Notes under the pieces: model-generated
Database searches by the model: none
Told to the model about the DNA's origin: nothing
The model's input: only the letters and a program-made list of their open reading frames with translations
In this document: piece by piece, positions 36,956 through 51,029 of the stretch
How the letters are laid out: each line of letters begins with the position of its first letter
Position numbering within the stretch: the stretch's first letter is position 1
DNA from: Octopus bimaculoides
Lineage: Eukaryota
DNA length: 64,000 nucleotides
Direction of reading: 5' to 3'
Assembly: GCF_001194135.2 (NCBI RefSeq)
Contig: NC_068991.1
Location: 9,344,298-9,408,297 of the forward strand
Program-made: the position numbers and the translations under genes

Positions 36956-37600
36956 TNNNNNNNNNNNNNNNNNNNNNNNNNNNNNNNNNNNNNNNNNNNN
37001 NNNNNNNNNNNNNNNNNNNNNNNNNNNNNNNNNNNNNNNNNNNNNNNNNNNNNNNNNNNNNNNNNNNNNNNNNNNNNNNNNNNNNNNNNNNNNNNNNNNN
37101 NNNNNNNNNNNNNNNNNNNNNNNNNNNNNNNNNNNNNNNNNNNNNNNNNNNNNNNNNNNNNNNNNNNNNNNNNNNNNNNNNNNNNNNNNNNNNNNNNNNN
37201 NNNNNNNNNNNNNNNNNNNNNNNNNNNNNNNNNNNNNNNNNNNNNNNNNNNNNNNNNNNNNNNNNNNNNNNNNNNNNNNNNNNNNNNNNNNNNNNNNNNN
37301 NNNNNNNNNNNNCTTGATGTATTGAGAACAAACAACAACAACATTTGAAGTTCTGTATCGCTGGAAAAAATCACTGTCATCATTATAAATATTAATAGTG
37401 ACTGAGAGCGGAACCGGTGGAGCAAAGGACAAAACCAAACCCCTTCTGAGCGTTCAACTCCCGCTTGAATGCCACAGAATTAAAATATCGATGAAACACT
37501 AGTAAATTTAAATGGCTCTCTCCTCCACTTTCCATAATTAGTGTCTTTGTATCACTGTTAAAAACTAGCATTTAGTTACATCCCTTTAAGTTCTGGTAAA

Positions 37601-37830
37601 GGAGCGTGACCTAGTGTTTAGGATATTGCGTTCGCGATACCAAAATTGTGGTCTTGATTCCCGGTGCGTTGTGTTCTTGTACAAAGCATTTCCTTTCACG
37701 TTATTTCATTCCACTCAGCTGTAAATGAGTGACTCTGCGACAGACTAGCGGCCTGTCCAGGGACATTGTTGTGACCTTGGTCATTTATATTAAACGGAAA
37801 CCGGGCAGCCGGCCCTGTGAGTCATTCTAC
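37601..37830 (+). mobile_element. SINE with a Meta-domain-like core
   Basis: ccactcagctgtaaatgagt..ctgcgacagactagcggcctgtccaggg resembles the recalled MetaSINE core; related minus-strand copy at about 11640-11810. Confidence 0.55.
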
Positions 37831-38399
37831 GCGAGAATTTTGATTTCAAATCCTCTTTAAGTTAACTTTAACTTTATTTGTTTTTTTACTTATGGTTGAT
37901 AAAAAAAAATTGCATATCAAGTTCTAGAGACGATAAATTCGACAACGCATCTCTCTCCCAGAAAGCTATGGCTTTGTGCCAATGCTAAAAGCCATTTATC
38001 AAATTATTCTCATTATTACTACAGAACTATTGGAGTTACCTGAAACAATGGAACGCTGGATGTCACAGTGTCCAGTTTGTTGACTAACTCTTTTTCTAGG
38101 TTCAAATCACTGCCCAGCACTCTCTTCCCTTCGTGCCCGGCATCATTATTATATAAGTATTTCTATTCATAATTTTATTGCTTTGTATTTCATGCTATTT
38201 TTTATATTTTTATTTTGCTTATTTATTTCTGTAGTTCTCGGTGATTATGATGACGACACGACGACGACAATGATGCTGATAGTGATGAGGATGAGGGGGA
38301 GGAAGAATAATGATGATAATGATGAGGATGAGGGGGAGGATTGCTTTTTTTTGTTGTGTGTTTTTTTTTTTACTTGTTGAGTCTGGAGAAAGTGACATT

Positions 38400-39640
38400 A
38401 GCCATGATCTTTGATCTTTGCAGACTGTCCAAGCCCGGTGAGCTTAATGCCGATAACGTTCCATTTAAACTGTTGAAGGTCGACAACCATGAAAGACGAG
38501 CAGGGAGGAGATTCCAGAGGGATAATGACCTGGGAATGAAGGATTGTGCATAATGATTAGTAGGGGGCTGATGGTGTTGAACGCACAAACCGTAACAAGA
38601 GAATGGGTCCGGAATACCAATGTGGCGAAGATACGAGACCAGCCAGCTCCGAAGAACAGAGACTATTATCGTAGCGATAGAAAAGACCGTGAGAGGAGAC
38701 AGCACACCTGTGGGTCAAAAGCTGTAGTATGTCTGTTAGTGTTTGGGTACCAGTTAGTCGAGTGGCCCTTCGCCCTTTTCTGTAGACAATCTAGGACCTC
38801 TGTGTGCCTACTAAACAGCACCATCTCAGATGTAGGAGCAATAATCCGTTTTGAACCTGAGTTTAGATTTGCAGAGGATCAACGTTTCTTGGGGACGGAC
38901 ATATTTTCTGGCCCTTAAGAGAAGGGTCAGTCTTTAGGATGCGGTTGTAGCTATGCCAGTGCTTTCGTCATAAGATATCCTCGATGATAGTGAGGCCCAA
39001 CATTTGGAGCAACCGTGGATGCTCTAGTTCAATGTTGTTCTTGATTTATGGTGGTTTGGTATTTTCTTTATATGAGAAGTGCTCGAGATTTTCTTAATGT
39101 TAAAAGAAACGAAGTTGGCAAGGTCTCACTGATGAATTCTTACAGGGTCTCTGATTATGAAATCAGTGCAGGTTTGACGTGTGATACCCTGGCTGAGTTT
39201 GACTGATGTAAGGTTGTCAAAATTTAGGGGGAATGAAGAGTTATGTCATCTGCATAAAAGTGGGTATTTGTTGGATGTGACAAGAAGCAGGTCATTGGTG
39301 ATAAATAGAAGGAGGGGAATGGGGGGACAGAACAGAACCCTATGAAACGCCGCAGTTGACTGAGAGCGGAGCAGACTGAACATCGTCAACCCACGCCGCG
39401 ATGGTACGATTAGATTGGAAGCTAGTGATTCAAGAAACGAAAGATAGGTAGAACCCATAGGCAGACTGTTTTGATACAAGGTTTGCTAGACAAACACGAA
39501 CGAAAGCTTTGCTGATGTCTACAGCAACAATATTGCTTTCAACGGGACTCTCTGAAGTGACAACCAGTGAGTCTGACTTTTTGGAAACCGAACTGGGGAG
39601 CGTTTACTGATCAAAAAGAGAAATTCAAAACGTTAGAGAA
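38400..39640 (-). mobile_element. Decayed CR1/L2-group LINE, reverse transcriptase and 3' region
   Basis: Minus-strand motifs IVAVDISKAF, NCGVS*GSVLSP, LFI.NDLL, FYADD and NHYAQSFIPRSLSLWNLLP; many stops and frameshifts. Confidence 0.85.
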
Positions 39641-39840
39641 TGTCATTCTTGAAGGCTGTTTCTATTATCTTATAAATGTTGGTTCTGAGAGCAATATGGT
39701 GGTAATGGGCTGGGTAAGGGATGTGAATCTCTTTAGTGAGTGACAGATGGAAAAAGGTTTAGTGAGTATGGGAGTGGGTTCGGGGACGCGCAACACTTGA
39801 GTGTCGCAGAAGGAACGTTGTCAGCGTTGGTAATCTTGTC

Positions 39841-39877
<37 letters not shown>

Positions 39878-40477
39878 CGGAGTAGAGTTGGATAGCAACG
39901 GTGAAGGCTTTCTCTGTGGGGGTTAATACTTCGAGAGCCATCACTGTTTTGAAGAGGAAGTACAAAAAAGGGCTCTGCAAAGTTGGAAGATTGTGGTGAT
40001 GGTGATGGTGATGTTGTAGTTGTCGTTGTTGATGATGACGATGACGATGATGATGATATTTTAAAAACATTCTGTTTATAATACCTTGTTGTTGTTGTTG
40101 TTGTTAGTGCCTAAATCAAATCTAATCGATCACTCAGATTTTCGACTTTCATCAGACATTTCAGTCGTGACCATTCTGTCACTTTATAGGGGTTTATGGT
40201 AACAGGATGGTCACAGCTGGGCAAAAATTATCTAACGTACTCTTCTTTTTTTTAAAGACGGTAAGATGTGATCTGAAGGAATTTGGTAACTATTTCTAGC
40301 AAGCAAGTGGATTGATCACGGAAAGAGTACGCCAAGCTCATATTGGCTTCAATCCTTCGAGATGCATCAGAAGTTAGAAGCTCAAAGTCATTTCTTGATT
40401 TCATATCGTGCACTCGTTTTGTCAGCAAGACAAACGGTGAACATCTATTCATTAACTCTGTTATTAACCATTCACTG

Positions 40478-40553
40478 GGATATCAGGACAAAATCCCCAC
40501 CCCAACCCGCCATGGGCAAAATCTCCCCGGACAAATTTTAAACAAAAATATCA

Positions 40554-40595
<42 letters not shown>

Positions 40596-40738
40596 TTTTT
40601 NNNNNNNNNNNNNNNNNNNNNNNNNNNNNNNNNNNNNNNNNNNNNNNNNNNNNNNNNNNNNNNNNNNNNNNNNNNNAACAATATCCCGTGGTGGGGGGGG
40701 GGAGTATTTTGACTGCCGGGGGATTTTGTCCCAGTACC
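40478..40738. mobile_element. MITE with GG..CC termini and a 7-9 bp target-site duplication
   Basis: GGATATCAGGACAAAATCCCC ... GGGGATTTTGTCCCAGTACC, with TTCACTG(GG) repeated on both sides. Confidence 0.75.
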
Positions 40739-41567
40739 TTCACTGGGTATTTAAGCAACAACAGAGCTTTAACGTTGTCAGTCGACTTGCTAAAAGTAAC
40801 AGCCAAATTTCTCTGAAAACAAATACACCGGCATACCTCAACTTACGCTGGTAATTGGTTCCAAGACAAGCGACTTAACTGGAAAAACAACTGACGTAAC
40901 ACGAAAATCGTTTTTAAAAAGTTATCGGCTTATATCTGTTTTAATAAATAGTTTGTACATATTTTCGCATGTATTTCATCTGATTTTCCACTTCAGCGTT
41001 GGTTTTTAGATGTTTGTTTGTTTGTTTTGTTTTTTCTAATCTCCATGCTTCTTTAAATATGATCGGTTAAATCAAATGATGTTGGGGTTCTTGTATTTAT
41101 CATAAAACAAAGAAACAACATTAATTCAAAAACGAAGTAACTCGAAACAACGTAAGTTGAGATCTTTGTTTTACAAGGAAAACAGGATATACATTTCAGA
41201 GGTGAATGTACGATGCCTGACAGAAAATATCAATGGATGGACACAGTAGGAACACTTGGAATAGAGGTCCGCTCTGACAAGGCTGAATGGTATAAGGTGC
41301 AAACCCTGACAAACCAACGGAAGAACTGCTACGTGGTCGTACAATATGCTAGAAATAACTGTCAAATCTCTCACGAATTAGATCTTAATGTATTAAATAA
41401 GAGGACACATTCAACATGTGGTATGCTTTGCCTGGATTAAAGATGGGATATTCTCTGCTCATTTGGTGATTATCCAGGCTTAATTTGGTGGTTATCCAGC
41501 ACCCTACCAGAACGCTGTATCACCGCTGTGGTTTATATATGTATGTACGTGTGTGTCCGTGCGTGTG

Positions 41568-41603
<36 letters not shown>

Positions 41604-44600
41604 TGTGTGCGTGCGTGTGTGTATATTTACGTGTGTATTTGTATGTATTCTTTTACTTGTTTCAGTCACTTGACTGCGGCCATGCTGGAGCACCGCCTTT
41701 AGTAGAACAAATCGACTCCAGGACTNNNNNNNNNNNNNNNNNNNNNNNNNNNNNNNNNNNNNNNNNNNNNNNNNNNNNNNNNNNNNNNNNNNNNNNNNNN
41801 NNNNNNNNNNNNNNNNNNNNNNNNNNNNNNNNNNNNNNNNNNNNNNNNNNNNNNNNNNNNNNNNNNNNNNNNNNNNNNNNNNNNNNNNNNNNNNNNNNNN
41901 NNNNNNNNNNNNNNNNNNNNNNNNNNNNNNNNNNNNNNNNNNNNNNNNNNNNNNNNNNNNNNNNNNNNNNNNNNNNNNNNNNNNNNNNNNNNNNNNNNNN
42001 NNNNNNNNNNNNNNNNNNNNNNNNNNNNNNNNNNNNNNNNNNNNNNNNNNNNNNNNNNNNNNNNNNNNNNNNNNNNNNNNNNNNNNNNNNNNNNNNNNNN
42101 NNNNNNNNNNNNNNNNNNNNNNNNNNNNNNNNNNNNNNNNNNNNNNNNNNNNNNNNNNNNNNNNNNNNNNNNNNNNNNNNNNNNNNNNNNNNNNNNNNNN
42201 NNNNNNNNNNNNNNNNTATATTATGCATACATATATAAATGTATATATATATAAATATATTAATTTCGTTTTTACGTCGAATGAAAATAAAAATAATCTA
42301 ATATTGAGCTGAAGAATTACTCAATCCTTTTTGTAGAGTACAAATTTATTTCATTTTTTATAAGTTAAGGGATGATGGTGACTTTAAAGTTTCGACCTGC
42401 TACTCTTCGTCGGTCCGTTCGAAACTTCGAAGTCATTCTCACTCCTCTTCCTGTGAAAATTTGATATATATACTATACAAAACGAATTTTGCTCATTAAA
42501 TATTCTAATGAGACTGAATCTATTATTAGTGTAATTAAGAGGTCGTTAACACACTCGACCAGCAGCTGCAATGTTGTGAGAAATAATTACTTATTCCCGA
42601 TATCAGTTATAATAATGATATAAGAATTGTTATATATGGTCGCTTAGACAATAACTGCTCTAGTAACATCATAATTAGGTGCCATCGATCATTCTTATAA
42701 AGAATGGATAATCATTAGGAGTTTCTGCCGGAGGCTGTAATGATTGAGAAGTCAAGTAGTTAAACGTCTTTTATTGTAGTTGAGGTGAAGGAAAAATCAG
42801 TATGATGTACTAACTACCAATGGCTTAGCCGTTATGAGAGGCATTTGTCGGTCTTTAGCAATGCTCTCATGGTGTATGATATAACTGGAGCGTATGTTAA
42901 TAATTGCAATAGTGACGGCACTATAATGATTCGTTGTTGATTTCATGTAATCAAAGAGGAATGATTTCATATTTATGCATACAGCTATAAATGGATGTTG
43001 TTTCTAACCATTATTCTTCACTAATAACTGGATTTATATAGAAGTTATTGTGCTTTTCCAATAATAGCTATGATAATTATAACGGTCATTTGAAGCCTTC
43101 AGTAATAACCATTAATTTCATGTTTCTATTATTACAAATAAATGATATTGTTTGTATTTTGTAGACTTCGCTAATTGCTGGGTTTATATACAAATTATTG
43201 TTATTCCTGCAGTAGTAATAATCATTATAGGAGCGTTTGAATAATAACTGTAACCTTATAAAGGAATAATTCCATGTTGTCACTGATAATGATGCCGTGT
43301 GTATTCGTTGGTGTTCGTTAATAATTTAACTTTCATTAGCATTATTGTGATTTTCCAGTAATATCTAAAAATTCTTTCATTTGTTAGCATTTAAGGTAAG
43401 ATACACCTCCATCTCAAGGCGGCGAACCAGCAGAATCGTTAGAGCATCGGACAAAATACTTAGCGGTATTTCTTCCAGCTTTTTTGCGTTCTCAGTTTAA
43501 ATCCTGTTGAGGTCAACTTTGCCTTTCATCCCTTTAATGGTTCGATAAAATAAAGTATCAGGCAAGTACCGGAGTCTATATAATCGACTTGTCGTCCACC
43601 CCTCTTCAAAACCGCTGGTTTTTAGCCCTGCAACAGACTGGCCTTCCGTTCAGTGGTGGAGGTGGTGTTGTAATCCTTGTCATTTATACGCCGTGGAAAT
43701 GAGGTAAACAGTCTTGTGAGTCCTAGGGCCCAAGAATAATTTTTTAAAAGCCACTTTCCTGTGCATCGTCTTTATTCTCCAAAAATTTGGCTTGGCTGAC
43801 ATTTTTGCAACTATTACTGTTTATTGTTTCTTTCTTGTGGGGTGGGGAGTTAGATTTTAAACACCCAAAAAGGAGTTTTATCTGCGAATGGCGTGTAATC
43901 AACTGAGATGAGTTCTGAATTCTAATGCTTTGGAAATAATATCAGCTAATCGAAGATTAGGACCTACAATATTACATATATATAACTTTTACCCTATGTG
44001 TTTTCCAGGAAAAGCTGTAATAAGTTCATCAAAAGCTTTCATTAATAATTATAAGCTTGCAGACGAATAATTTCGTGTCTTCACTAATAGCTGCAATGAT
44101 ATCGTTTGAAATCTGTAGTCTCTATAGAACTAAATGTGTTTTCTTTTTTCCTTTGCAGTAATAGCTGTAAGGACCAAAAACGATAACTGTAATGATATAA
44201 AAAGCATTTAAAGTGTCGAGTAATTGCGGTAATTGCACAGGAACCGGTGCGAGTCTCTACAAACAATTGTAACGTTCTTGGAGTCGTTATAATTCTTCAC
44301 TAATAGCCTATATGAATGTAGGCGACACAATGAGATTTCATTGGAAACTGCAATCAAAGAAACCCTTCAAATGATGAATGTAGTACAACAAAACTGTTTT
44401 AGTGATCGATTTGTAATGCTTTTAAATAGTAGAACAAATATTAGAAACATTTATTAGCAAAATGTCCATTATGTATCGTATCACAATTGACGGAAACGGT
44501 TATATTTCTGAAAAACAACGTCGAGCTTTTTTATGTTTATTTATATTTTATTTCATTCGTTTATTTCTATTTTTATTTTTGCTTCCACAAATGGGTAGCA

Positions 44601-44629
44601 AATATTCAATATATTAATTGCATTAAAAA

Positions 44630-44900
44630 GGCGGCGAGCTGGCAGAAACGTTAGCACGCCGGGTGAAATGCTTAGCGGTATTTTGTCTGCCGCTACGTTC
44701 TGTGTTCAAATTTCGCCGAGATCGACTTTGCCTTTCATCCTTTCATTGTCGATTAAATAAGTAGCAGTTACGCATTGGAGTCGATATAATCGACTTAATC
44801 CGTTTGTCTGTCCTTGTTTGTCCCCTCTGTGTGTAGCCCCTTGTGGACAGCAAAGAAATAAGAAACGTTAGCACGCCGGGCAAAATTCTTAGCGATATAC
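44630..44900 (+). mobile_element. SINE A full unit plus the start of a second unit
   Basis: Tail aaagaaataag is joined directly to aaacgttagcacgccggg. Confidence 0.88.
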
Positions 44901-46579
44901 ACACGTGTGTGTGTGTGTGTGTGTGTGTGCATACGTTAATGCCTTTTAGTCCCAGAGCAACCCAGATCAAGGAGTTGGCCCATGATCAAATCGATTCCAA
45001 CCGTGACCATGCCATCTCTTTTTTTCTCAAGTAATCAGCTAGATTATTTGATGTGTCCTTCCTTTTTTTAAGATAACAGAGTATAACTTAAGGTTGACTT
45101 GACTGCTGTTTCTAGCAAGTCTTACGATCGCATAGAGGATCTCTCTTCGGCTCAGCATGTGCGTATATGTGTGCGCGCGCGCGTATGTGTATGTGTGAGT
45201 GAGTGAATGAGTGAGTGAGTGTAGCATTAAAGTTGAAGAAACACTATTCTCTAACATTATAACTTCATATAAAGGTGGCAAGCTTGCAGAATCATTAGCA
45301 CGCCGGAGAAAATGCTTAGCGGCATTTCGTCCGTACGTACGTTTTGAGTTCAAATTCCACTTTCTGCAACAAATTCACAAAAGCTGTATTTCACAAATAA
45401 ATGTTAATGTAATTAACCCATTATTTGGAGGGGAGTTACATCCATTGCCTCATTTCGGCCACCCCATTATCACCCCACTTTTCTTCAACACCCTCCTGAG
45501 TCTTTCCACCTTGCGCAGGCGGGGTGGGGGAAGTACCGCCTACTTTGGGAACCACTGATCTAAACATTTTCCGTTTCGTTACCCTTTCAATTATGTCAAC
45601 TTACAGCCTTGTTAAGCCTGCAACAATTGCGCCAATACTACATAAGTCTTGCTGTCGTGAAGGCAATATCGATTATTCTGTACAAGTGGGATGGAACAGC
45701 AGCTCTTAAACAGTGCTAGCTTTGAGTTTTCTCTCAGACACCAATTAGTTCATTCGTTCTATCCGAAACATCCCTTTCACGTTGAAAGAGATTGCAAGTC
45801 CTCGTAGATGAAATGTCACACGCACTGTTCGCAAGTTAACAAAAAACAATTTTTTACATTGACACAGGGCTTAAAAACGAGAGAGTATAATTGATTATAT
45901 CGATAGCCACCATACACACACAGACACACACACATAACTGGTACTTTTGAAGTCTTCTTTGAACCGCAAGATGTCAGTTTACCGGGAAAGAATGTAGTTT
46001 ATTATTAATAAGAATTGAAATCAACGCATGCAAGATTTCACAGCTCTAGCATCACACCTTCATAGTCAGCCTATGAACCTTTCAACCCACCCTCGTACTT
46101 TATCTCATGGAAGAGATAAAGGCGGGGTGTTCACTGCAGGAAAGTCTTTAAATCATAGATAAATCTCCTCGATAATCCGGGCTAAACAACAACAACAACA
46201 ACAGTAATATCATCGTTGATATTTTAAATAAAGAAGTACTTTTTTTAAATATATCGATCTCATTTCCAATTGTAATTGTATATGGAAAGTTTATATAACT
46301 TATAACGAGCTTGATATCTTTCGTTTATCGTTCCATCCACAACGATATCAAATTCACTCCAAGTTATATGAACTTCAATGATATCAGCAAATAAAATCAT
46401 TTATGTCGGTTAGTTGAGATGGTTGACATGTCTCACTCACAATGTCTTTGAATACTATCAGGATATTGTTATCCTTTGTTTTTACACTACAGGATCCGAC
46501 CGTTTCTAAAGAATTTGAAAAAAAAATTAGAGATGTTAATAAAATATCACAGGCAACTCCAGATACTCTGTCAACAGCA

Positions 46580-46800
46580 TTATAATGATTTCAAATTTTG
46601 ACACAAGGACAATAATTTCGGGGAAGAGTGACAGTCGATTACATCGACCCCAGTACATAACTGGTATGTATTTTATCGACCCAAAAGGGATGAAAGGAAA
46701 ATTCGACCTTGCCGGAATTTGAACACGGAACGTAAAGACGGATGAAAAGCCGTTATGCATTTTGCCCGGCGTACGAACGATTCTGCTAGCTCACCGCCTG
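46580..46800 (-). mobile_element. SINE family A
   Basis: Reverse match to the family head, body and tail. Confidence 0.8.
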
Positions 46801-47364
46801 AGTATTCCTTGTGGTTAGAATATCTCGGCAAAAGAATTTAACAAGCTCAGAAAATATTAAGATTTGCTCATTGAAATCGAAAATGTGGCACCTCGATACC
46901 AGTGATTGTTAGGAGGACTTGGAATGATCAAAAAAAGGAAGTCAAAATTATTTGAGGGTGATCTTTGACTTACCATTCATGCAGGAAGTGCAAAAGATTG
47001 CTTTAACAGGTACCTCACACGTATTAAGAAGAGCACTGTCGCTGTGAGAACGATATAACCTATATGAAGTTTTGTCTTTTTTTACCTTTTTCTTTTTACT
47101 TTTTTTTTTTCTTTATACCGTTTTTTTTTTCCATTTCTCTTTTTCTTTTATTTCCTTTTTTTTCTTTGTTTTTTTTTNNNNNNNNNNNNNNNNNNNNNNN
47201 NNNNNTTTTTTTTTCCACATAACTTGACTTTGTAAATGAACAGTCTGGTGTGCTTATTCTAATAGCCTATCAATGTATACAGTGAGTTCCTTGCCCTAAG
47301 TGCCGGAAAGACACCGGACAAGAAATGGAAAACAAAACTGAAAGAAGAAAAACTAATAATAATA

Positions 47365-47577
47365 ATGGTTACAAGTTTTGGCACAAAGTCAGCAAGTTCG
47401 GAGAGGGGTTAAGTCGATTATATCAATCCCAGTGCTCAACTGGTACTTATTTTATCAACCTCCAAAGGATGAAAGGTAAAGTCGACCTCGGCGGAATTTG
47501 AACTCAGAACGTAAAGACGAGTAAAATGTCGCTAAGCATTGTGCCCGGCGTGTTGGCAAGTCTGCTAGCTCGTTGCC

Positions 47578-47578
<1 letters not shown>
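47365..47578 (-). mobile_element. SINE family A abutting an (AAT)n array
   Basis: Reverse match; the head lies directly against the microsatellite. Confidence 0.85.
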
Positions 47579-47644
<66 letters not shown>

Positions 47645-47652
47645 TAATAATA
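47578..47652. repeat. (AAT)n microsatellite
   Basis: Read directly; lies between a SINE A head and the Dong-like remnant. Confidence 0.95.
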
Positions 47653-47654
47653 AT

Positions 47655-48460
47655 ATGCAACGAACAGAGCGTATATGGTCAATTCATACAACAAATCGAG
47701 TATGTTGGAAGTAAAGGAAGCTGAGTCCGTATCTGACAAACGGAAATCTAAAACGAGAAACCGAATCACTAATTATAGCCGCTCGGGAACAAGCCCTTAC
47801 GACGAATCTGGTAAAGGCAACGATTGATAAAACTCAGTATGAGAACAAACGCAGAATCGGTGGGAAAGGGTACGAAAGTATTAAGAATCTCTTGGGTAAA
47901 TACAGTAAACTAAAACGAAAAGAGTATAAGCACAGGAATGACTGTGTAGGTAAAAGAGTGCAGTGGAATGTTAGCCGAATGAGTGGATTGAACGTAGCAG
48001 AAAAGTAGTATGACCACAAATCAGAGGCTGTAACAGAATAAGATTTACAGGGTTTTATGAAATATCACCATAAAAACTGACCATAGAACTGAAGTGAGAA
48101 GACCATAAATGACTATAGAGGACAAAAGAAACAAACAGAGTAAGATCATAGATTTTACTATCTCATATGGTAATAGCAAAGAAATTTTTAAAATTGAAAA
48201 ATATCTGGACTGAGCCAGAAAGATGAAATGATGTTTGGAAGTCTGAGATCATAATTATTCCTGTAGTAATTGGTGCACTTGGCACAACTCCCAAAATGGT
48301 ATCTAAGAGACTAAAGAGTAATGGAATTGAGATTTGCGCTGTCAACTTGCAGAAAAGCGCAGTCCTGTATTCAGCAAGAATCCTACAAGAGATTCTTGAA
48401 ATTTGAAGAGACTTGTCGCGAAACCTAAAGATAACATCCCCGCAAATATATTAGACGTGT
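47655..48460 (+). mobile_element. R4/Dong-like non-LTR retrotransposon 3' remnant (zinc-knuckle and RLE region)
   Basis: GNLKRETESLIIAA.EQAL.TN..KA.IDKTQ, KEYKHR.D.VGKRV, RRP..TIEDK, KIIDF, IIPVVIGALGTTPK, LQKSAVLYSARIL..ILEI*. Confidence 0.85.
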
Positions 48461-49399
48461 AAATGGCTTCTAAAGAACGTACGAGTGTTTGAAGGAGAAG
48501 ATTTTTATCATTATTATTATTATGTTTGCCAGAAGGATGGCAGATGACGATGGCATTACAAAGATGAATTTCAAAAACCAGACGGGAAATGATAAATGCA
48601 GAATCGATTGTGGACAAAAGTAGGCATGGAAAATAATAGGAATGAACTGAGATATTCCAAAGAGCGGACAGCCATCTACGGCCAGTGAAGTAATCCCACA
48701 AATCCGGGATTAACCTGATTACCAAAGTAGTCTCGTCCAGCTATTTTCTCCGAGCTAAAAAAAACTTGCTGAGATTCACACTATCTGTTGTCTCCACTCT
48801 GACACCTTCCATGTATGGTTTGCGTTCGTGTGCCTGCGCGTGTGTGTGTGTGTGTATTCATCGGGGAGCGATGGATACACTTTTCCCATGCGTTTTTGAT
48901 CTATGTTGCTGCTGTACATAAAATCATTACTACAGTTGTTGTTGCTGTTGTTGTTGCTGCTGCTACTGTTATCGTCGTCACCGCCGCCGCCGCCGTCGTC
49001 GTCACTTTTGGTCATCGTAATGATTCTTACACTGTGGCAGCTGCTACTGTTGCTCTTTTATGTCACAATTGTTGGATACAAAGAGTTACACATTCTTCTC
49101 TTACACCACATGTCAGAAGACCCTAAGGTGAGTGGTGTTGCAACAATTGTAGCATTTAAGTCTCCTGCTCTCCACTATAGCGCGATTCTACATTCTACTC
49201 TAGAAACAAATGTGGTCAAGGATTTTCACAAAGTGTACAGGTATTGTCAGTACCTCAGGTGCCATTTCCGATCAGTTGGTCTTAAAAGTGGAACTGCTGT
49301 TTACTCCTTCATCACACTCCTCAATCGCTGTCACTGGCTGCTCCGGGTCCAACTCCGGCAGAGTTATCCTCGACGCTTAACGCCCCATCTATGTTCACA

Positions 49400-50700
49400 A
49401 GAGGATGAATTCTTCCAGTGCCTGGAGAGCAGAGTTGACGTCAGATGAGGGTTTAGCAGATATACAGACCAAAAGAAGAATCTTTCAAGGGGTCAGTCTC
49501 TCCCCTGTCTTGTTTACGATAACACTAATCCCTTTGCCGATTGAGCAAAGTTAAGAAAGGATACTCACAAGGAAAGAAGAGAAGAAAAGTGAATGATCTT
49601 TATATGCATGAGTGAAAGCTTTGTGGCAAAGAGAAAGATTAAAATGCTTATTTAATGCAACCGTAAGAATATTTAGTAGCAACATTCGGATGACATTCGG
49701 AGTCATGAAATGTTTTATGACGGAAAACCCGTAAAAAGTTCTGGAATAGATCTACCTAATGATGAGGATATAAATCCTTAAATGCAAAAGAAGCATTAAT
49801 ATCTGGAAATACGGCAAAGCAACAAAATCAAAAATGCAAAAGTTAAGGAAGCCTTTAGTAATGGCTGTTTTCGCAGAAAATGAGTTTTTAAATCTAAATT
49901 GAATGCGGGTAACATCATGCAAGCAAAAAACATGAGGGTGGTATTACTAGTAAAGTATGAAGCAGAAATTATTGACTAGAGGTAGTATGAAGCTGAAGGA
50001 TGTCGACGAGAAAACGAGGAAGCAGTTGATAATGCACAGAAGTATGCATTCGCAATCAAATGGGAACGCTTTGCGCAGGACAAAAGCAGAAGGAAGACGG
50101 TTAATGAAGACGGTTAATGAGTGCCGAAGATGTAGAAGAGACAGAGAATACAAGAAGAGGTTATATTTCGGAAGAAAAGCAGAAACACTCCTTAAGGATG
50201 TAATAAGTGAAAGATTATTCACAGAATCTGTAGAACTCAAAGAAAAATTGTAGAAAATGGGAAATTCATCTTTGAAAGAAAGAAGCTTCATTCTGTGTTT
50301 TGCTTTTGTTTTGTTTTTGGTCTTTAAGGCAAAAGAGATAAGAAATTACATTGACAGTTGGCTTTGGTTAAAGACAGGAATATTGAGGAAAGAGACCGAA
50401 GGAATAATTCTGAGAAGACAAGAATAGGCTCTAAGGTTAAACAGGATCAGGAGAACGATGGATCAACAGGACTGTTCACCCAAATGTAGAATGTGTGATA
50501 ATTCAAACAAGACTGTTGTTTACTTTGTATTTGAATGTAGTTTAATCGACTTGACATGATACCAGAGTAAAAAAAAAATGGAAAGGAAAACGAAAAATGT
50601 GAAGTATTTTACCGACTTGGAATATGAAAACCTCAAATGATGGAACAAAAAAGTTAATAAGGTCATGATTCCAGCCAATTACCATTGGGGTGTTTAGAAC
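49400..50700 (+). mobile_element. R4/Dong-like non-LTR retrotransposon remnant (RT, thumb, zinc knuckle)
   Basis: TKRRIFQGVSLSPVLF.I.LIPL, KSKLNAGNIMQA, LKDVDEKTRKQLIMHRSMH, WLWLKTG.LRKETEG.I, PKCRMCD; heavily disabled. Confidence 0.85.
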
Positions 50701-51029
50701 ACGGACAAAGAATTTGAGAACAAACGTTGGCAGTTTGGTAAAAAGAGACCGATATAATAAGTACTAGACCCTTCAAGGCGGTGCCCCAACATGTCCGCCG
50801 TCCAACGATTGTAACAAGCAAAATATAAAAGATGGAAGATACCTGTGAAGATTTTATATTATCTTCGAATTCCTTGATTCCATATTCAAATTTCTAATCC
50901 CACCTCACGCTGTGAAGAGATAGGGACCTCCTTTTATATTAACGGCAACTCAAAGGACACCGAGTGTGTTTGAAGAATATGATTTCTTTAAACGGACAAG
51001 CTGCAGAATAGTCCACATTTATGTACAAC

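Noticed and set aside
40120-40170. Minus-strand CUGAUGA...GAAA hammerhead-like string
   Set aside because: The 5-nt spacer cannot form helix II, helix I pairing is poor, and it lies within a SINE-like tail.
42250-44500. AT-rich non-repetitive stretch as a decayed gene
   Set aside because: The frames I translated gave no recognisable protein motif.
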